Shown in pieces: positions 19,359 to 29,133 of a stretch of 64,000 nt of DNA. Within the stretch, counting starts at the first letter, position 1; the number at the start of each line of letters is the position of its first letter. Origin of the DNA: an uncultured delta proteobacterium (GTDB lineage: Bacteria; Desulfobacterota; WTBG01); the NCBI GenBank assembly GCA_963793865.1, contig CAWCBP010000008.1, forward strand, positions 544,001 to 608,000, in the 5' to 3' direction. The notes below the pieces were generated by a model. The model was not told the DNA's origin. It saw nothing but the letters and a program-made list of their open reading frames with translations, and ran no database searches. Position numbers and translations under genes: made by a program.

Positions 19359-21344
19359 TTATGACAGGGGTTGAAAGCGAATCCTGCATTTTCTCTCATT
19401 GTTTACCGGGCTGCCGGGGGGCGGTGACTGCGAGACGGCCATGCCGCTGCCCGAAAGCTCAACCGTGATATCACATTCGTCGGCGACCGCGAGCGCATCC
19501 CTCATGCTCAGTCTTGAGAAGTCGGGGATGGTGTCTCCCATGACGCTGCCGCTCAGGGAAACCTCCTGGTAGCTGACGGGATTTATAGATGCCCGGTTTT
19601 CCCCCGTGAATGCGGGGGCGGGGCTTTTTGCAAGGGCCAGCCGGCCGGCCCCGGGGGCAATGTTCAGGTAGGTGATGATGGTATTGGCGATCTCTTTGAA
19701 GACGGGCGCGGCAACCACGCCGCCGTATTTAACGCCTTGAGGCTCATCGATGACCACGATCATGGCCACCCGGGGTTTGTCCGCCGGGAAAAACCCCATG
19801 AAAGAACTGGTCATTTTGTGGTCGGAATAGCGCCGGGTCTCTCTGTCAACCTTCTGCGCGGTCCCCGTTTTACCGGCAACGGAATAGCCGTCGATAAAAG
19901 CCTGTGTTCCGGTGCCGCCCTCTTCCACCGCGGAGCGGAGTATGGAGGCGACCTGCCGGGCGGTCTCAGCGCTGATCACCCTGCCGACTCGCTCCGGCTG
20001 CACCTCCCTGATAATCTCCTCCTGGTCGTTGAAAATGGTTTTTACCAGGTGCGGCTTCATCATCATGCCGTCATTGGCGATGGCCGAAAGGGCGGTTATG
20101 AGCTGAATAGGCGAGATGGAAATGCCCTGGCCGAAGGCGATGGTGCCGAGAGCGACCCGTGACCACTGGTCGGGCGGGGCCAGCATGCCGTTGTTTTCTC
20201 CCGGCAGATCAATGCCCGTCTTGCTGCCGAAGCCGAACTTCCTGATGTAGCTGTAAAACTTTTCGTCGCCCAGCCCCTGGGCAATCTTGCAGGCCCCGAT
20301 ATTGCTGGAATATTTTATGACCTCGCTCATGGTCAGCCAGCCGTACTTATGCACGTCATGAATGGTTCTGCCGCCGAAGGGGTATGCCCCGTTTTCACAG
20401 AAATAATTGTCCTGGGGACGGGTGGTCTTTTCCTCCAGGGCCGAGGAGGCAAGAAATGTCTTAAAGGTCGACCCCGGCTCGAAGGCATCGGTAACTGCCC
20501 TGTTTCTCCACTGCTGCGGCTCATAATCCCAGAAGGCGTTTGGATTAAAGGTGGGGCGGACTGCAAGGGCGAGGATCTCCCCGGTGTGCGGCGCCATGAT
20601 GATGACCGTTCCCGCCTTGGCCCTGCTTTTCCTGATCCCCTCGTCGAGCGCCTTTTCGGCCACGTGCTGAATGGTCTGGTCAATGGTAAGCTGAAGGTTG
20701 TATCCCTTGGTGGCGTCCTCCCGGGTGATGTGCGGTGAGTAAATGTTTCTCCCCTTGGCGTCGCGCAGAACCAGGATGGAACCGGGCTTCCCGTTCAGGT
20801 AGCTGTCATAGGCAAGTTCAATTCCCTCAAGCCCTTTTGGATCAACCCCGGTAAACCCCAGGCAGTGGCTGGCAAGTTCTTTGTTGGGGTAAAAGCGCCG
20901 GCTTTCCTCGATGAATCCGACGCCCTCCACATTGAGGCTTTCTATCTCCTGCGCCTGGGAGGGGGATATCCGGCGCATCAGCCAGACGAAGGGACGGTCG
21001 GAGGTTATTTTGTCAAGCACATATTTGTAGCTTACTTTGAGGATGGGAGAAAGCTTTTTCGCCGTATCTTTGGCATCCCTGATCTGGGAGGGGTGCGCGT
21101 AAATCGAAGCCACATCCAGACTCACGGCCAGCTCCCTTTTCCCCCGATCGTAGATGGTCCCCCGCTTGGGCGGCAGGTTGACGTATTTGCGGTACTGCTT
21201 CATATAAAGCTTGGTTAATCGCTCCTTGTCAAGGATCTGCAGCTGGTATGCCCTGAGCATGATGATGGAAAAAAGCCCCATAAAGAAGAGCATGATCAGG
21301 TTGATGCGAATCTTGAGTAATCGCCGGGAGGGTATCGGTTTCAT
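19359..21344 (-). CDS. ftsI: Penicillin-binding protein 3 with C-terminal PASTA-like domain
   Basis: RGTIYDR, RFYP, EPGSTFK (SxxK), SSN, KTGTAQ. Confidence 0.96.
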   Translation of the reverse strand: MKPIPSRRLLKIRINLIMLFFMGLFSIIMLRAYQLQILDKERLTKLYMKQYRKYVNLPPKRGTIYDRGKRELAVSLDVASIYAHPSQIRDAKDTAKKLSPILKVSYKYVLDKITSDRPFVWLMRRISPSQAQEIESLNVEGVGFIEESRRFYPNKELASHCLGFTGVDPKGLEGIELAYDSYLNGKPGSILVLRDAKGRNIYSPHITREDATKGYNLQLTIDQTIQHVAEKALDEGIRKSRAKAGTVIIMAPHTGEILALAVRPTFNPNAFWDYEPQQWRNRAVTDAFEPGSTFKTFLASSALEEKTTRPQDNYFCENGAYPFGGRTIHDVHKYGWLTMSEVIKYSSNIGACKIAQGLGDEKFYSYIRKFGFGSKTGIDLPGENNGMLAPPDQWSRVALGTIAFGQGISISPIQLITALSAIANDGMMMKPHLVKTIFNDQEEIIREVQPERVGRVISAETARQVASILRSAVEEGGTGTQAFIDGYSVAGKTGTAQKVDRETRRYSDHKMTSSFMGFFPADKPRVAMIVVIDEPQGVKYGGVVAAPVFKEIANTIITYLNIAPGAGRLALAKSPAPAFTGENRASINPVSYQEVSLSGSVMGDTIPDFSRLSMRDALAVADECDITVELSGSGMAVSQSPPPGSPVNNERKCRIRFQPLS

Positions 21345-21664
21345 TGCAGGTGCACCATTTGTTGAGGTTCCGGATTGGTGAGGCCCAGCGGGCCGGTCGC
21401 AATGCCTTCGATGCGCGAGAGCGATTTGAGCGAAGCGCCTTCAACTTTAAGCGCCTTGTTGCGATTTAATAACCGTTTCTGCTCATCCAGCGCCCTGGAG
21501 ACCTGGTATCCCACGCTGGTGACCTGGAAGCGGGACCACACCAGGAAAATCAGGCTGCAGACCAGCAGGAAAATTGCCAGGGCAAGGGTAAACACGGCTC
21601 TTCCTTTTCTCCGCCTTCCCCTGGTATAAATCTGTCCGATCGGTGATGCTGAATGTGTGCGCAT
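21341..21664 (-). CDS. ftsL: Cell division protein FtsL
   Basis: Short basic N-terminus, one TM helix, coiled coil ending 'RIEGIA..LGL..P', between rsmH and ftsI. Confidence 0.85.
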   Translation of the reverse strand: MRTHSASPIGQIYTRGRRRKGRAVFTLALAIFLLVCSLIFLVWSRFQVTSVGYQVSRALDEQKRLLNRNKALKVEGASLKSLSRIEGIATGPLGLTNPEPQQMVHLQ

Positions 21665-21668
21665 GTGC

Positions 21669-22604
21669 TTAAAGTTTTTCTGCGACCCGGAGTTTGGCGC
21701 TTCTCGCCCTCGGGTTCTGGTGCTGCTCATCCGGCTGCGGTGTCAGAGGCTTCCTGGTGATGATGCGTATCGCGGGCGCTTCCGGAGTCCTGTCTGCCGG
21801 GGCATTTTCACCGTGGGCACGGCCGCGGGACAGCCTGATGAATTCCTGCTTCACAATCCGGTCTTCCAGGGAATGGAATGAAATAATGCAGAGCCTGCCT
21901 CCGGCCGCGAGCATATCGACACCTTCCGCTATGACCTGCCTGAGATTGTCAAGCTCATGATTAACCGCTATGCGCAGGGCCTGAAATGTTCGGGTGGCGG
22001 GGTGAATGGTTTTTGAGCGGTAGCGGGGGGGAATGCTCACGGTCACGAGGTTGCTCAAGGTCACGGTGTCGGCAACGGGCGCCTTTTTACGCCTGGCAAT
22101 GATGGTTCTGGCAATCCGTGACGCCCAGCGCTCTTCTCCATAGGCGTGGAAAATATGTTTCAGGTCGGCTTCCCGGGATTTGTTGACGATGTCATACGCG
22201 GTGATGGGCAAGGCGTTACTCATTCTCATATCAAGAGGTCCCTGGTGTTTGAAACTGAAGCCGCGCCCGGGATCTTCAAGCTGCTGCGAAGAAACACCCA
22301 GGTCAAGCAGAATCCCGTCAACTTTTTCAATGTTCAGTTTGCCCGCAATAGACCTCAGAGAGACAAAATTATCCTGCACCAAAAACAGTTTTTCAGAAAA
22401 GTGCGTCAGGCGGCGGCGTGCCCGCTCAAGTGCATCCCTATCCCAATCGATGGCGATGAGCAGCCTGACGGCGGGATGATCATTTAAAATTTTGAAAGCA
22501 TGACCGCCGCTTCCGACGGTCGCATCAACGTATATTCCGTCAGGCCGGCAGTTCAAACAGCTCACTGCTTCTGCCAACAGGACCGGAACGTGTGCCGTCT
22601 CCAT
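21669..22604 (-). CDS. rsmH: 16S rRNA m4C1402 methyltransferase
   Basis: HVPVLL, DATVGSGGH, DLGVSS, RGFSF, FHSLEDR, NPRARSAKLR. Confidence 0.98.
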   Translation of the reverse strand: METAHVPVLLAEAVSCLNCRPDGIYVDATVGSGGHAFKILNDHPAVRLLIAIDWDRDALERARRRLTHFSEKLFLVQDNFVSLRSIAGKLNIEKVDGILLDLGVSSQQLEDPGRGFSFKHQGPLDMRMSNALPITAYDIVNKSREADLKHIFHAYGEERWASRIARTIIARRKKAPVADTVTLSNLVTVSIPPRYRSKTIHPATRTFQALRIAVNHELDNLRQVIAEGVDMLAAGGRLCIISFHSLEDRIVKQEFIRLSRGRAHGENAPADRTPEAPAIRIITRKPLTPQPDEQHQNPRARSAKLRVAEKL

Positions 22605-22616
22605 GTTGTCCTGGAA

Positions 22617-23081
22617 TCAAAATCCCAGCTTGGCCAGGAATTCCCTTCCTTTAATCTCCCTGAATTGTTCCTTTGCGGCGAGGAACTTTTCTTCCCAGAG
22701 CTGCTTATCCCAAATCTGGATCCGGGAGCCCATGCCCACAAACACAACATTTTTTTTAAGGTTCGCGTATTCCCGCAAGTTGGGTGGAATGAGTATCCTT
22801 CCCAGTTTGTCGACGGTGCATTCGCTGGCACCGGCGATGAAAAACTGCCCAAAGATTTCAACCTCGGGCTGCATGATGGAGAGCTGATTATATTTTTCTT
22901 CAAGGGTAACCCACGCATCATAGGGATAGGCCAGCAGGCAGCTGTCATAATTGGTGACAATCAGCTGGTCGTCATAACTTGTGCTGATGATCTCCCGGTA
23001 TCTGGCGGGCAAACTAACCCTGCCCTTTTCATCAATAGTGTGGTAGAATTTATTCCTGAAGTTGCCCTTGATTTCATCCAT
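22617..23081 (-). CDS. mraZ: Division/cell wall cluster repressor MraZ
   Basis: Two DxxGR motifs (IDEKGRVSLP, VDKLGRILIP), first gene of the dcw cluster. Confidence 0.96.
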   Translation of the reverse strand: MDEIKGNFRNKFYHTIDEKGRVSLPARYREIISTSYDDQLIVTNYDSCLLAYPYDAWVTLEEKYNQLSIMQPEVEIFGQFFIAGASECTVDKLGRILIPPNLREYANLKKNVVFVGMGSRIQIWDKQLWEEKFLAAKEQFREIKGREFLAKLGF

Positions 23082-23090
23082 AACATTCCT

Positions 23091-23118
23091 TCCCACTTCT
23101 TCCCACTTTGTGCCCCAG
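23091..23118 (-). promoter_or_regulatory. MraZ operator repeats
   Basis: Minus strand cTGGGg...GTGGGA...GTGGGA. Two repeats are 10 bp apart and a third is 12 bp away, directly downstream of the -10. Confidence 0.75.
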
Positions 23119-23145
23119 TTTACTCATCTGCCAAAATCTTGTCAA
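23117..23145 (-). promoter_or_regulatory. sigma70 promoter of the dcw cluster
   Basis: TTGACA-17 bp-TAAACT. Confidence 0.8.
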
Positions 23146-23191
23146 GCATAAAAACAGGATAAAACAATTAAAATTTTCCAATTTAAGCAAA

Positions 23192-23238
23192 TATCAACAT
23201 TTAGTATATAAATCGTAAAAACATACTATATGTAGTTG
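23192..23238. promoter_or_regulatory. Tandem NrdR-box-like operators upstream of mraZ
   Basis: tatCAACATTTAGtat (23192-23207) and ataCTATATGTAGttg (23223-23238), 31 bp apart. Confidence 0.6.
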
Positions 23239-23497
23239 TCTTTTTTGACATGCAAGCCCTCATGGAGATTAACTTATTATCTTGTGATCATATTTTCTGC
23301 TTTTCCCGGGGTGCGCAGGCAATTTTTTTATTTAAAAAATATTAAAAGTAGCTTATAAAACTGCTGACAGATATATAATTTTTAACCGCCGGTAGCTTGA
23401 GCGGCAAAAATTGCGCTTTTCCCTGTTTATGGCTGAAGAAACGCTTCTGCGTGCGATTCTCAGTTGTGAGTGGGAAACGCAGGGCAGGATGTGAACG

Positions 23498-24202
23498 ATG
23501 AGAGAGATTCTTCAAAATATTTATCTTATGAGCGAGGGAAGATCTAATTGTTACCTTCTCACCGGGGAAGACCTCACGCTGGTGGATACCGGGATGCCGG
23601 GTGATGATAAGCAGATCCTCCAAGGCATCAGGGAACTTGGAAGGTCCCCCGGGGAACTTCGGCACATACTGATTACGCATGCCCATATGGATCACATGGG
23701 GTCCGTTGCCGCACTGAAGAAGGCCGGCGGAGGCAAGGTCGTCGCTTCCGCCGGGGAAGCGGAATATATAGAGGGTCTGAAAAAGACCTGGACCATGGGG
23801 AGAGAAGGACTGGGCGGGAAGCTTTTCAAGGGTATGCTGTTCCTGCTGGAGAATTTTTTCGCGCAGTATGAGCCCGCGAAGGTAGACATCCGATGTGCCG
23901 GAGGTGAGCTTCTGGATATCTTCGGAGGCATCCGGGTTATTGCTACCCCCGGCCATTCCCCGGGAAGCCTGAGCTATTATCTGCCGACCCGCAAGATACT
24001 CTTTACCGGTGACGCCTTGAGCGGAGTTCCCGGATTGAAGCTGCCGCCCCGGCCGGGTTGCGCCGATTATCGGGAAGCGCTGAGGACGGTGCAAAAACTC
24101 GCGACATTGGATTTTGAGACATGCCTGTTCGGGCACGGTGCGCCGCTGATGCATGAGGCGTCACAGGCGGTTCAGCGAATTGCGGCCCCTGTGCGACCGT
24201 GA
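23498..24202 (+). CDS. MBL-fold metallo-hydrolase
   Basis: LVDTG, THAHMDHMG (HxHxDH), TPGHSPG, FTGDA, GHG. Confidence 0.92.
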   Translation: MREILQNIYLMSEGRSNCYLLTGEDLTLVDTGMPGDDKQILQGIRELGRSPGELRHILITHAHMDHMGSVAALKKAGGGKVVASAGEAEYIEGLKKTWTMGREGLGGKLFKGMLFLLENFFAQYEPAKVDIRCAGGELLDIFGGIRVIATPGHSPGSLSYYLPTRKILFTGDALSGVPGLKLPPRPGCADYREALRTVQKLATLDFETCLFGHGAPLMHEASQAVQRIAAPVRP

Positions 24203-24242
24203 GGTCCGGGCGTGTGATCCATCCATACGCAGAAAGGAGTGC

Positions 24243-25115
24243 ATGATGATGTGGGACGATGATGCTGAAAAACGTTTCGAGATGCTGCCGGTGCCGCCCA
24301 TGATGAAATCATATGCGAGGCTGCAGGCTGAGAAAATCGCGCGGGGCAGGGGGCTCTCCCGGGTTACCGATGCCTGCGTCAGGGAAACCGAGCGGGTATA
24401 CCGGGATTTTATCGGCGAGGAGAAAACGGAACAGCTGCGGGCGTACGTTACAGGGGAAGGCCCTGAGCCGCAACTAATGGATGAACTTTTTTTTGATGAC
24501 GAGCAGGCGCTGTACCATATCGATGTCTGCTACACCAAATACGGTGAGAACAGCGAGCTGGTGAGAAATGAGCTGGTAGCCATGATGCGGCGGCTGCAGG
24601 CGCTTATGAAGGAGGAGGGGCTTACCGAGATTATGGCCGGCCTTGCTCCGGTTGCGCTGCACGGCGCCAGCCGTTTCACCGTGGGCATGACCGGCTGCCC
24701 CAACTGCTGCGTGAGTCCCTATCTCAGGGATTTCGGGATCATCATGCAGCACCGGGTGGATATCACCGATGCCGGGTGCACCGGCTGCGGGAATTGCCTG
24801 AAGATGTGCATGGACGGTGCAATCCGCCTGACCGATGCAGGTCCGGTCATCGACCGCTCGATATGCGCCAGGTGCGAGCTGTGCGCTCGTGATTGCCCCA
24901 CCGGAACGCTTGCGGTTAGTGCGCGGGGCTATCGGGTCATCGCCGGCGGCGCCGGCGGCCGCCACCCGCAGCTGGCGGTCACGGTTGAGGATTTTATCGA
25001 CCGTGAACGGGTGCTGGTGCTTTTGAGGAATGCGATAGCACAATTGAGGCGTGCCCGTCCCGGGGAATCATTGCGGGACATCATTAACCGGGACGGAATT
25101 GAGGTGCTTTGCTGA
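24243..25115 (+). CDS. Fe-S protein with PCP_red-like N-domain, nitrite/sulfite reductase-like segment and 2x[4Fe-4S] domain
   Basis: WDDDAE...VPP..K..AR..AEK.AR..G...VT N-terminus, TGCPNCC, CTGCGNC...C and CARCELC...CP, GGAGGRHP. Confidence 0.75.
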   Translation: MMMWDDDAEKRFEMLPVPPMMKSYARLQAEKIARGRGLSRVTDACVRETERVYRDFIGEEKTEQLRAYVTGEGPEPQLMDELFFDDEQALYHIDVCYTKYGENSELVRNELVAMMRRLQALMKEEGLTEIMAGLAPVALHGASRFTVGMTGCPNCCVSPYLRDFGIIMQHRVDITDAGCTGCGNCLKMCMDGAIRLTDAGPVIDRSICARCELCARDCPTGTLAVSARGYRVIAGGAGGRHPQLAVTVEDFIDRERVLVLLRNAIAQLRRARPGESLRDIINRDGIEVLC

Positions 25116-25134
25116 CCACCGGGTTGGCGCGCAG

Positions 25135-25311
25135 CTAGTTGTTTGATTGGGAGGGCGCCCGCATGGGGCAGACCTTCACACAAATGGTGCACTCCGTGCA
25201 TTTTTCATGGTCAATGGTCACAATGTCGTTGATCATGCTGATTGCTATAACCGGACACAGGTCAATGCATCCGCCGCAGGCCACACACTTGCTGGTATCG
25301 ATGGTTACCAT
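25135..25311 (-). CDS. 2[4Fe-4S] ferredoxin, 58 aa (absent from the ORF track)
   Basis: Manual translation MVTIDTSKCVACGGCIDLCPVIAISMINDIVTIDHEKCTECTICVKVCPMRAPSQSNN*. Two CxxCxxCxxxCP motifs; RBS AAGGAG. Confidence 0.93.
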   Translation of the reverse strand: MVTIDTSKCVACGGCIDLCPVIAISMINDIVTIDHEKCTECTICVKVCPMRAPSQSNN

Positions 25312-25411
25312 GGAAACACTCCTTTCGTGCGTACAGTGGCGGTAATGCTACTACAGTTGCGGCTGAAAGGCAACTCAAGAATAAATCGCGGAAGGTGCTT
25401 TTGAGAAAACG

Positions 25412-25570
25412 CTCGCATGATGTTGAAAAAGTGGTTTTTCCCAGGCTGTTCAAAAACATCCAGATGCAAGGCACGTGAAATTCTGAGGAATGAGGCGTAC
25501 TTTTAGGTACGCTGCAATGACGAAGGATGAACGTAACGCAGCAGATGGGTGTTTTTCAACAGCCTGCTAG
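25412..25570. repeat. MITE-like palindromic element (~150 bp)
   Basis: caggctgttcaaaaac...gtttttcaacagcctg inverted ends; near-identical to copies at ~49921 and ~59061. Confidence 0.85.
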
Positions 25571-25914
25571 GGAAGGAGAAGATTGGTGGCAGCACCATAC
25601 AGCCAGCAGATGCTGCCGCAGTAGAGGAGGTATTCCCCTCGCACCTGATAGCGGGTTTTATTCATCATGTGTGCTGTGTAAATAATGAGAACCGATACCA
25701 GCAACTTCGTCCCCGCCAGCCCGGGCAAAGGCCCGAACTGTTCTATCATCGCTCGCAGCAAAGGGTTGCTTTCGACATTGATTCCGTACTTCGCGACATT
25801 CCTCGCGGTCAATATGGTGTCCTCAATGCCGCTGCAGATGAGAAAGAGGGCAGCCAGATGAAACCTGCTGAATGCAGGCATGTAAGCTTTCATGCTTTGA
25901 AGCAACGCTGTCAT
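25567..25914 (-). CDS. Small membrane protein, DUF5658-like
   Basis: D..LT...G...E.NPL motif, K in the second TM helix, three hydrophobic segments. Confidence 0.65.
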   Translation of the reverse strand: MTALLQSMKAYMPAFSRFHLAALFLICSGIEDTILTARNVAKYGINVESNPLLRAMIEQFGPLPGLAGTKLLVSVLIIYTAHMMNKTRYQVRGEYLLYCGSICWLYGAATNLLLP

Positions 25915-25992
25915 GGCGGACCTGTTTCCGGTTTTTTTATAACCAGCCGATGTGCGCCCCGTTTAACATCCGGCTGCTGATATTCCCTTATC

Positions 25993-26009
25993 AGCAAGTT
26001 AAGTACCAA
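25993..26009 (-). promoter_or_regulatory. sigma54 (-24/-12) promoter candidate
   Basis: TTGGTACTTAACTTGCT (GG-N10-GC) about 80 bp upstream of the DUF5658-like gene. Confidence 0.6.
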
Positions 26010-26244
26010 TTCAAAAGGGAGGATGGTGGAAAACGCTTGGATTTGTAATTATTTGTATTTTAACAACAAAGTTGAACCTGATTGCCTGGGGCTGAATGTG
26101 TGCGCGGGTTATACTATGTAATGCGGGTGCCTTTCGGCACATGGTATTGCCAAAAAAGAAAGTCCGGATGCAATAACCATCTCCTGGTAATGTTCAGATA
26201 GATACCTTTATTGTAATCCGCACAGTAATCATGTGGTCCGGGGA

Positions 26245-27075
26245 ATGAGCCTCGCAGATATTGTACTATTGGGTTTGATTCAGGGGGTGACGGAATTCCT
26301 GCCGGTCAGCAGTTCCGCGCATCTGGTGATTTTTCAAAATCTCTTCGGAGTAAAGGAGCCCCAGCTCTTTCTGGATACGGCCCTGCACCTCGGCACTCTT
26401 ATTGCGACGGTTGTTGTTTTGAGGAATGAAATCCTTGCGCTGCTGAAGGGGTTGTTGTCATATGCGCTGCATCTGCTGCGGGGGGAAATGCATGCACTCG
26501 GCGATGAACAGAGATCCATGGCGCGACTGGCAGGCCTGGTATGCATCGGACTGGTTCCCACCGGGCTTTTAGGCTTTTTCTTTCGGGATCAATTTGAACG
26601 TCTCTTTGGCTCCCTGCCGGCAGTCGGAATAATGCTGATGATAACCGGCGGCCTGCTGTGGATGACGAGACGGGTGAAGGAGGGAACGAAAGAGGGCGGG
26701 AAGATATCAGTTATGGATGCACTGGTTGTAGGCTTTATCCAGGGATTGGCCATCGCTCCGGGCATATCACGGTCCGGATCCACCATCTCCTTTGGACTGT
26801 TCAGAAATTTTAAGAAAGACTTTTCCTTTCGATTCTCTTTCCTGATTTCCATCCCTGCCATCGCGGGGGCAATGGTTTTGGAATGGGAGGCTCCGGCCCT
26901 CTCCTCAAGGGAACTGCTGCATGTTCTTGCGGGTACACTCACCGCGGCAGTGGCGGGATACCTGTGTCTGCGGCTTTTGAGAACCGTGGTGCAGGAAGGA
27001 CGCCTCTACTTTTTTTCACCCTATTGCTGGGCGGCGGGAAGCGCGGCGGTTGCGCTTTCCTTTATTCTGCAGTAA
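26245..27075 (+). CDS. uppP: Undecaprenyl-diphosphate phosphatase
   Basis: QGVTEFLPVSSSAH, PGISRSGST, FSFL. Confidence 0.95.
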   Translation: MSLADIVLLGLIQGVTEFLPVSSSAHLVIFQNLFGVKEPQLFLDTALHLGTLIATVVVLRNEILALLKGLLSYALHLLRGEMHALGDEQRSMARLAGLVCIGLVPTGLLGFFFRDQFERLFGSLPAVGIMLMITGGLLWMTRRVKEGTKEGGKISVMDALVVGFIQGLAIAPGISRSGSTISFGLFRNFKKDFSFRFSFLISIPAIAGAMVLEWEAPALSSRELLHVLAGTLTAAVAGYLCLRLLRTVVQEGRLYFFSPYCWAAGSAAVALSFILQ

Positions 27076-27108
27076 ACAGAACACAGGGGTGCGCGCGGGC
27101 ATCGGGTC

Positions 27109-28071
27109 ATGCAAAAAACACTTGCCATCGGCATCGACATAGGCGGCACGAACATCCGCACGGCACTGGTGGACGCATCAGGCGCGGTCGTGGGCATTCG
27201 CACACAGCCGACGCATGCCGAACGGGAAATAACCGAGATCATGGGGGATATTGCCCAGGGCATCGGAATGCTTATGAGCACGCACACGGTTTCCCGTGAG
27301 ACTGTGCGCGGTATAGGGCTTGGCGCGCCCGGGTTTCTCTCGCTCCGGGCAGGTGTCATTCACAATTCCCCCAACCTGCCCACCGCCCGCGAGGCGCCGG
27401 TAGTGTCGCTGGTGCAAAGGTTAACCGGTCTTCCGGTCTTTCTGGAAAATGATGCCAATGCCGCGGCTATCGGTGAGCACTGGGTGGGGGCCGGGCAGGG
27501 GGCCCGCAATCTGCTCTGCGTTACCCTGGGCACCGGTGTCGGCTCCGGTTTTATTTTAAATCATGCCATCTGGCACGGAAGCAATGACCTGGCGGGAGAA
27601 TTGGGACATACGGTGCTGGTTCCGGACGGTCATCCCTGCACGTGCGGAAGGAAGGGGTGCCTTGAGGCGTATGTCTCGGCAACGGGCATCGTAAACCGCA
27701 CCGCATCGGCCTTGCGTGCGGGGAGGAGTTCATCCCTGGATGCCTGTAACAAACCCGGCAATCCTCTTACCTCACTGGCGGTGTATGAACATGCACAACG
27801 GGGTGACCGGCTGGCCCGGGACATTTTTGAAGAAACCGGAAGGTACCTGGGAATTGCCCTGGCGAATGTCCTGAATCTGCTTGATCTGGAAATGATCATC
27901 ATCGGCGGGCGGGTTGCTCGGGCAGGTGATATGCTTTTACAGCCGGCCATTCATGAGGTGAACACAACGGCGCTTCGGGTTGCCTACCATCCCGTCCATA
28001 TCCTTCAAGCACGGCTTGGAGATCATGCGGGTGTGATCGGGGCGGCGAAAACGGTTTTTGACCGGGTTTAG
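27109..28071 (+). CDS. ROK-family sugar kinase (glucokinase-like)
   Basis: GIDIGGT, ENDANAAA, LGTGVGSG, GELGH, CTCGRKGCLEAY. Confidence 0.92.
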   Translation: MQKTLAIGIDIGGTNIRTALVDASGAVVGIRTQPTHAEREITEIMGDIAQGIGMLMSTHTVSRETVRGIGLGAPGFLSLRAGVIHNSPNLPTAREAPVVSLVQRLTGLPVFLENDANAAAIGEHWVGAGQGARNLLCVTLGTGVGSGFILNHAIWHGSNDLAGELGHTVLVPDGHPCTCGRKGCLEAYVSATGIVNRTASALRAGRSSSLDACNKPGNPLTSLAVYEHAQRGDRLARDIFEETGRYLGIALANVLNLLDLEMIIIGGRVARAGDMLLQPAIHEVNTTALRVAYHPVHILQARLGDHAGVIGAAKTVFDRV

Positions 28072-29057
28072 CGTCCCTGCACCACTGCCTCGTATACCTC
28101 CTCCACTGAAATGTGCTCCAGACAGGTTTGATGAGCACAGTGTTGCATCATCTCCCGCGAGCAGGGAGAGCATGCCGCGCCGCCGCCGAGAATTGTCACA
28201 TGCTTGCCCCTGGGGCCCCACACCCGCGGGTTCGTCGGTCCGAAGAGGGACACGACCGGAACGCCTGCTGCGGCGGCAAGATGGGTGATGCCCGAATCAT
28301 TTCCCACAAAGACGGAACACCGGTTAAGAATGGCAGCGAGTTCGGGAAGCGGATGGCTATCAAGCATGATGCATCCGCCTGAAGACACGAGTTTCCCGCA
28401 GTCCTGCTGCAGTGCTGTTTCCGCCGGTCCGGTTAAAACCACCACCCGGGCACTTTTACGTGCGGCAAGCAGTGTGGCGAGTCCGGCAAAGTGACCGGGC
28501 GGCCACGCTTTCTTCCTGCTCCCGCTTCCCATGTGCAGGGCAACAGTAAAGGCATCCGTTTCAATGGCATGATCGGCAAAAAACTTCCGGGCGCTCCGGC
28601 GGTCTTCATCAAGGGGGAAAAGAACCGGGACGGTTCCGGCTGACGGTATATCCAGGCCGGATAATTGCGAAAGCTGATGATCAATGACATGTGTTGTACC
28701 CCCCTCTGCCGGGAAGGTGCTTATACGGTGAAGTACGCTTACGCCATGCGTGCGAAGGTTGTCGGCAAACGTTCTGTGCAGCTCACCCCCGAAAAGAACC
28801 ACGAGATCGAAACGCCTGAAACGTTCGATCAACACATCAGGCACGGAGGCGCGTTCACGGTATAAATTGGACATGCCCAGCTGATTGATGGAGGCAATGG
28901 TATCGGCATAGAACCTCCCTTCGACCAGCCGCAGGATATCGGTGTATCCCCAGATCTCGATGGTGCTGCCGGGATATGCGTGCCTGAAGGCGCCGATGGC
29001 GGGCAGGCTCAAAATAAAATCACCAAGAGCGCCCTGGTGAATAATGAGGATGTTCAT
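28068..29057 (-). CDS. Glycosyltransferase family 9 (heptosyltransferase-like)
   Basis: GALGDFIL, KAWP, GNDSGITHLAAA, LFGPT, C-terminal Cys cluster. Confidence 0.9.
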   Translation of the reverse strand: MNILIIHQGALGDFILSLPAIGAFRHAYPGSTIEIWGYTDILRLVEGRFYADTIASINQLGMSNLYRERASVPDVLIERFRRFDLVVLFGGELHRTFADNLRTHGVSVLHRISTFPAEGGTTHVIDHQLSQLSGLDIPSAGTVPVLFPLDEDRRSARKFFADHAIETDAFTVALHMGSGSRKKAWPPGHFAGLATLLAARKSARVVVLTGPAETALQQDCGKLVSSGGCIMLDSHPLPELAAILNRCSVFVGNDSGITHLAAAAGVPVVSLFGPTNPRVWGPRGKHVTILGGGAACSPCSREMMQHCAHQTCLEHISVEEVYEAVVQGR

Positions 29058-29133
29058 GACGATTTTTTAATACGGTGATGCAGGGGTTGGCTGCCTGTCG
29101 GCTGTGCCGCCATTGTCCCTGCCAGCACACTTG

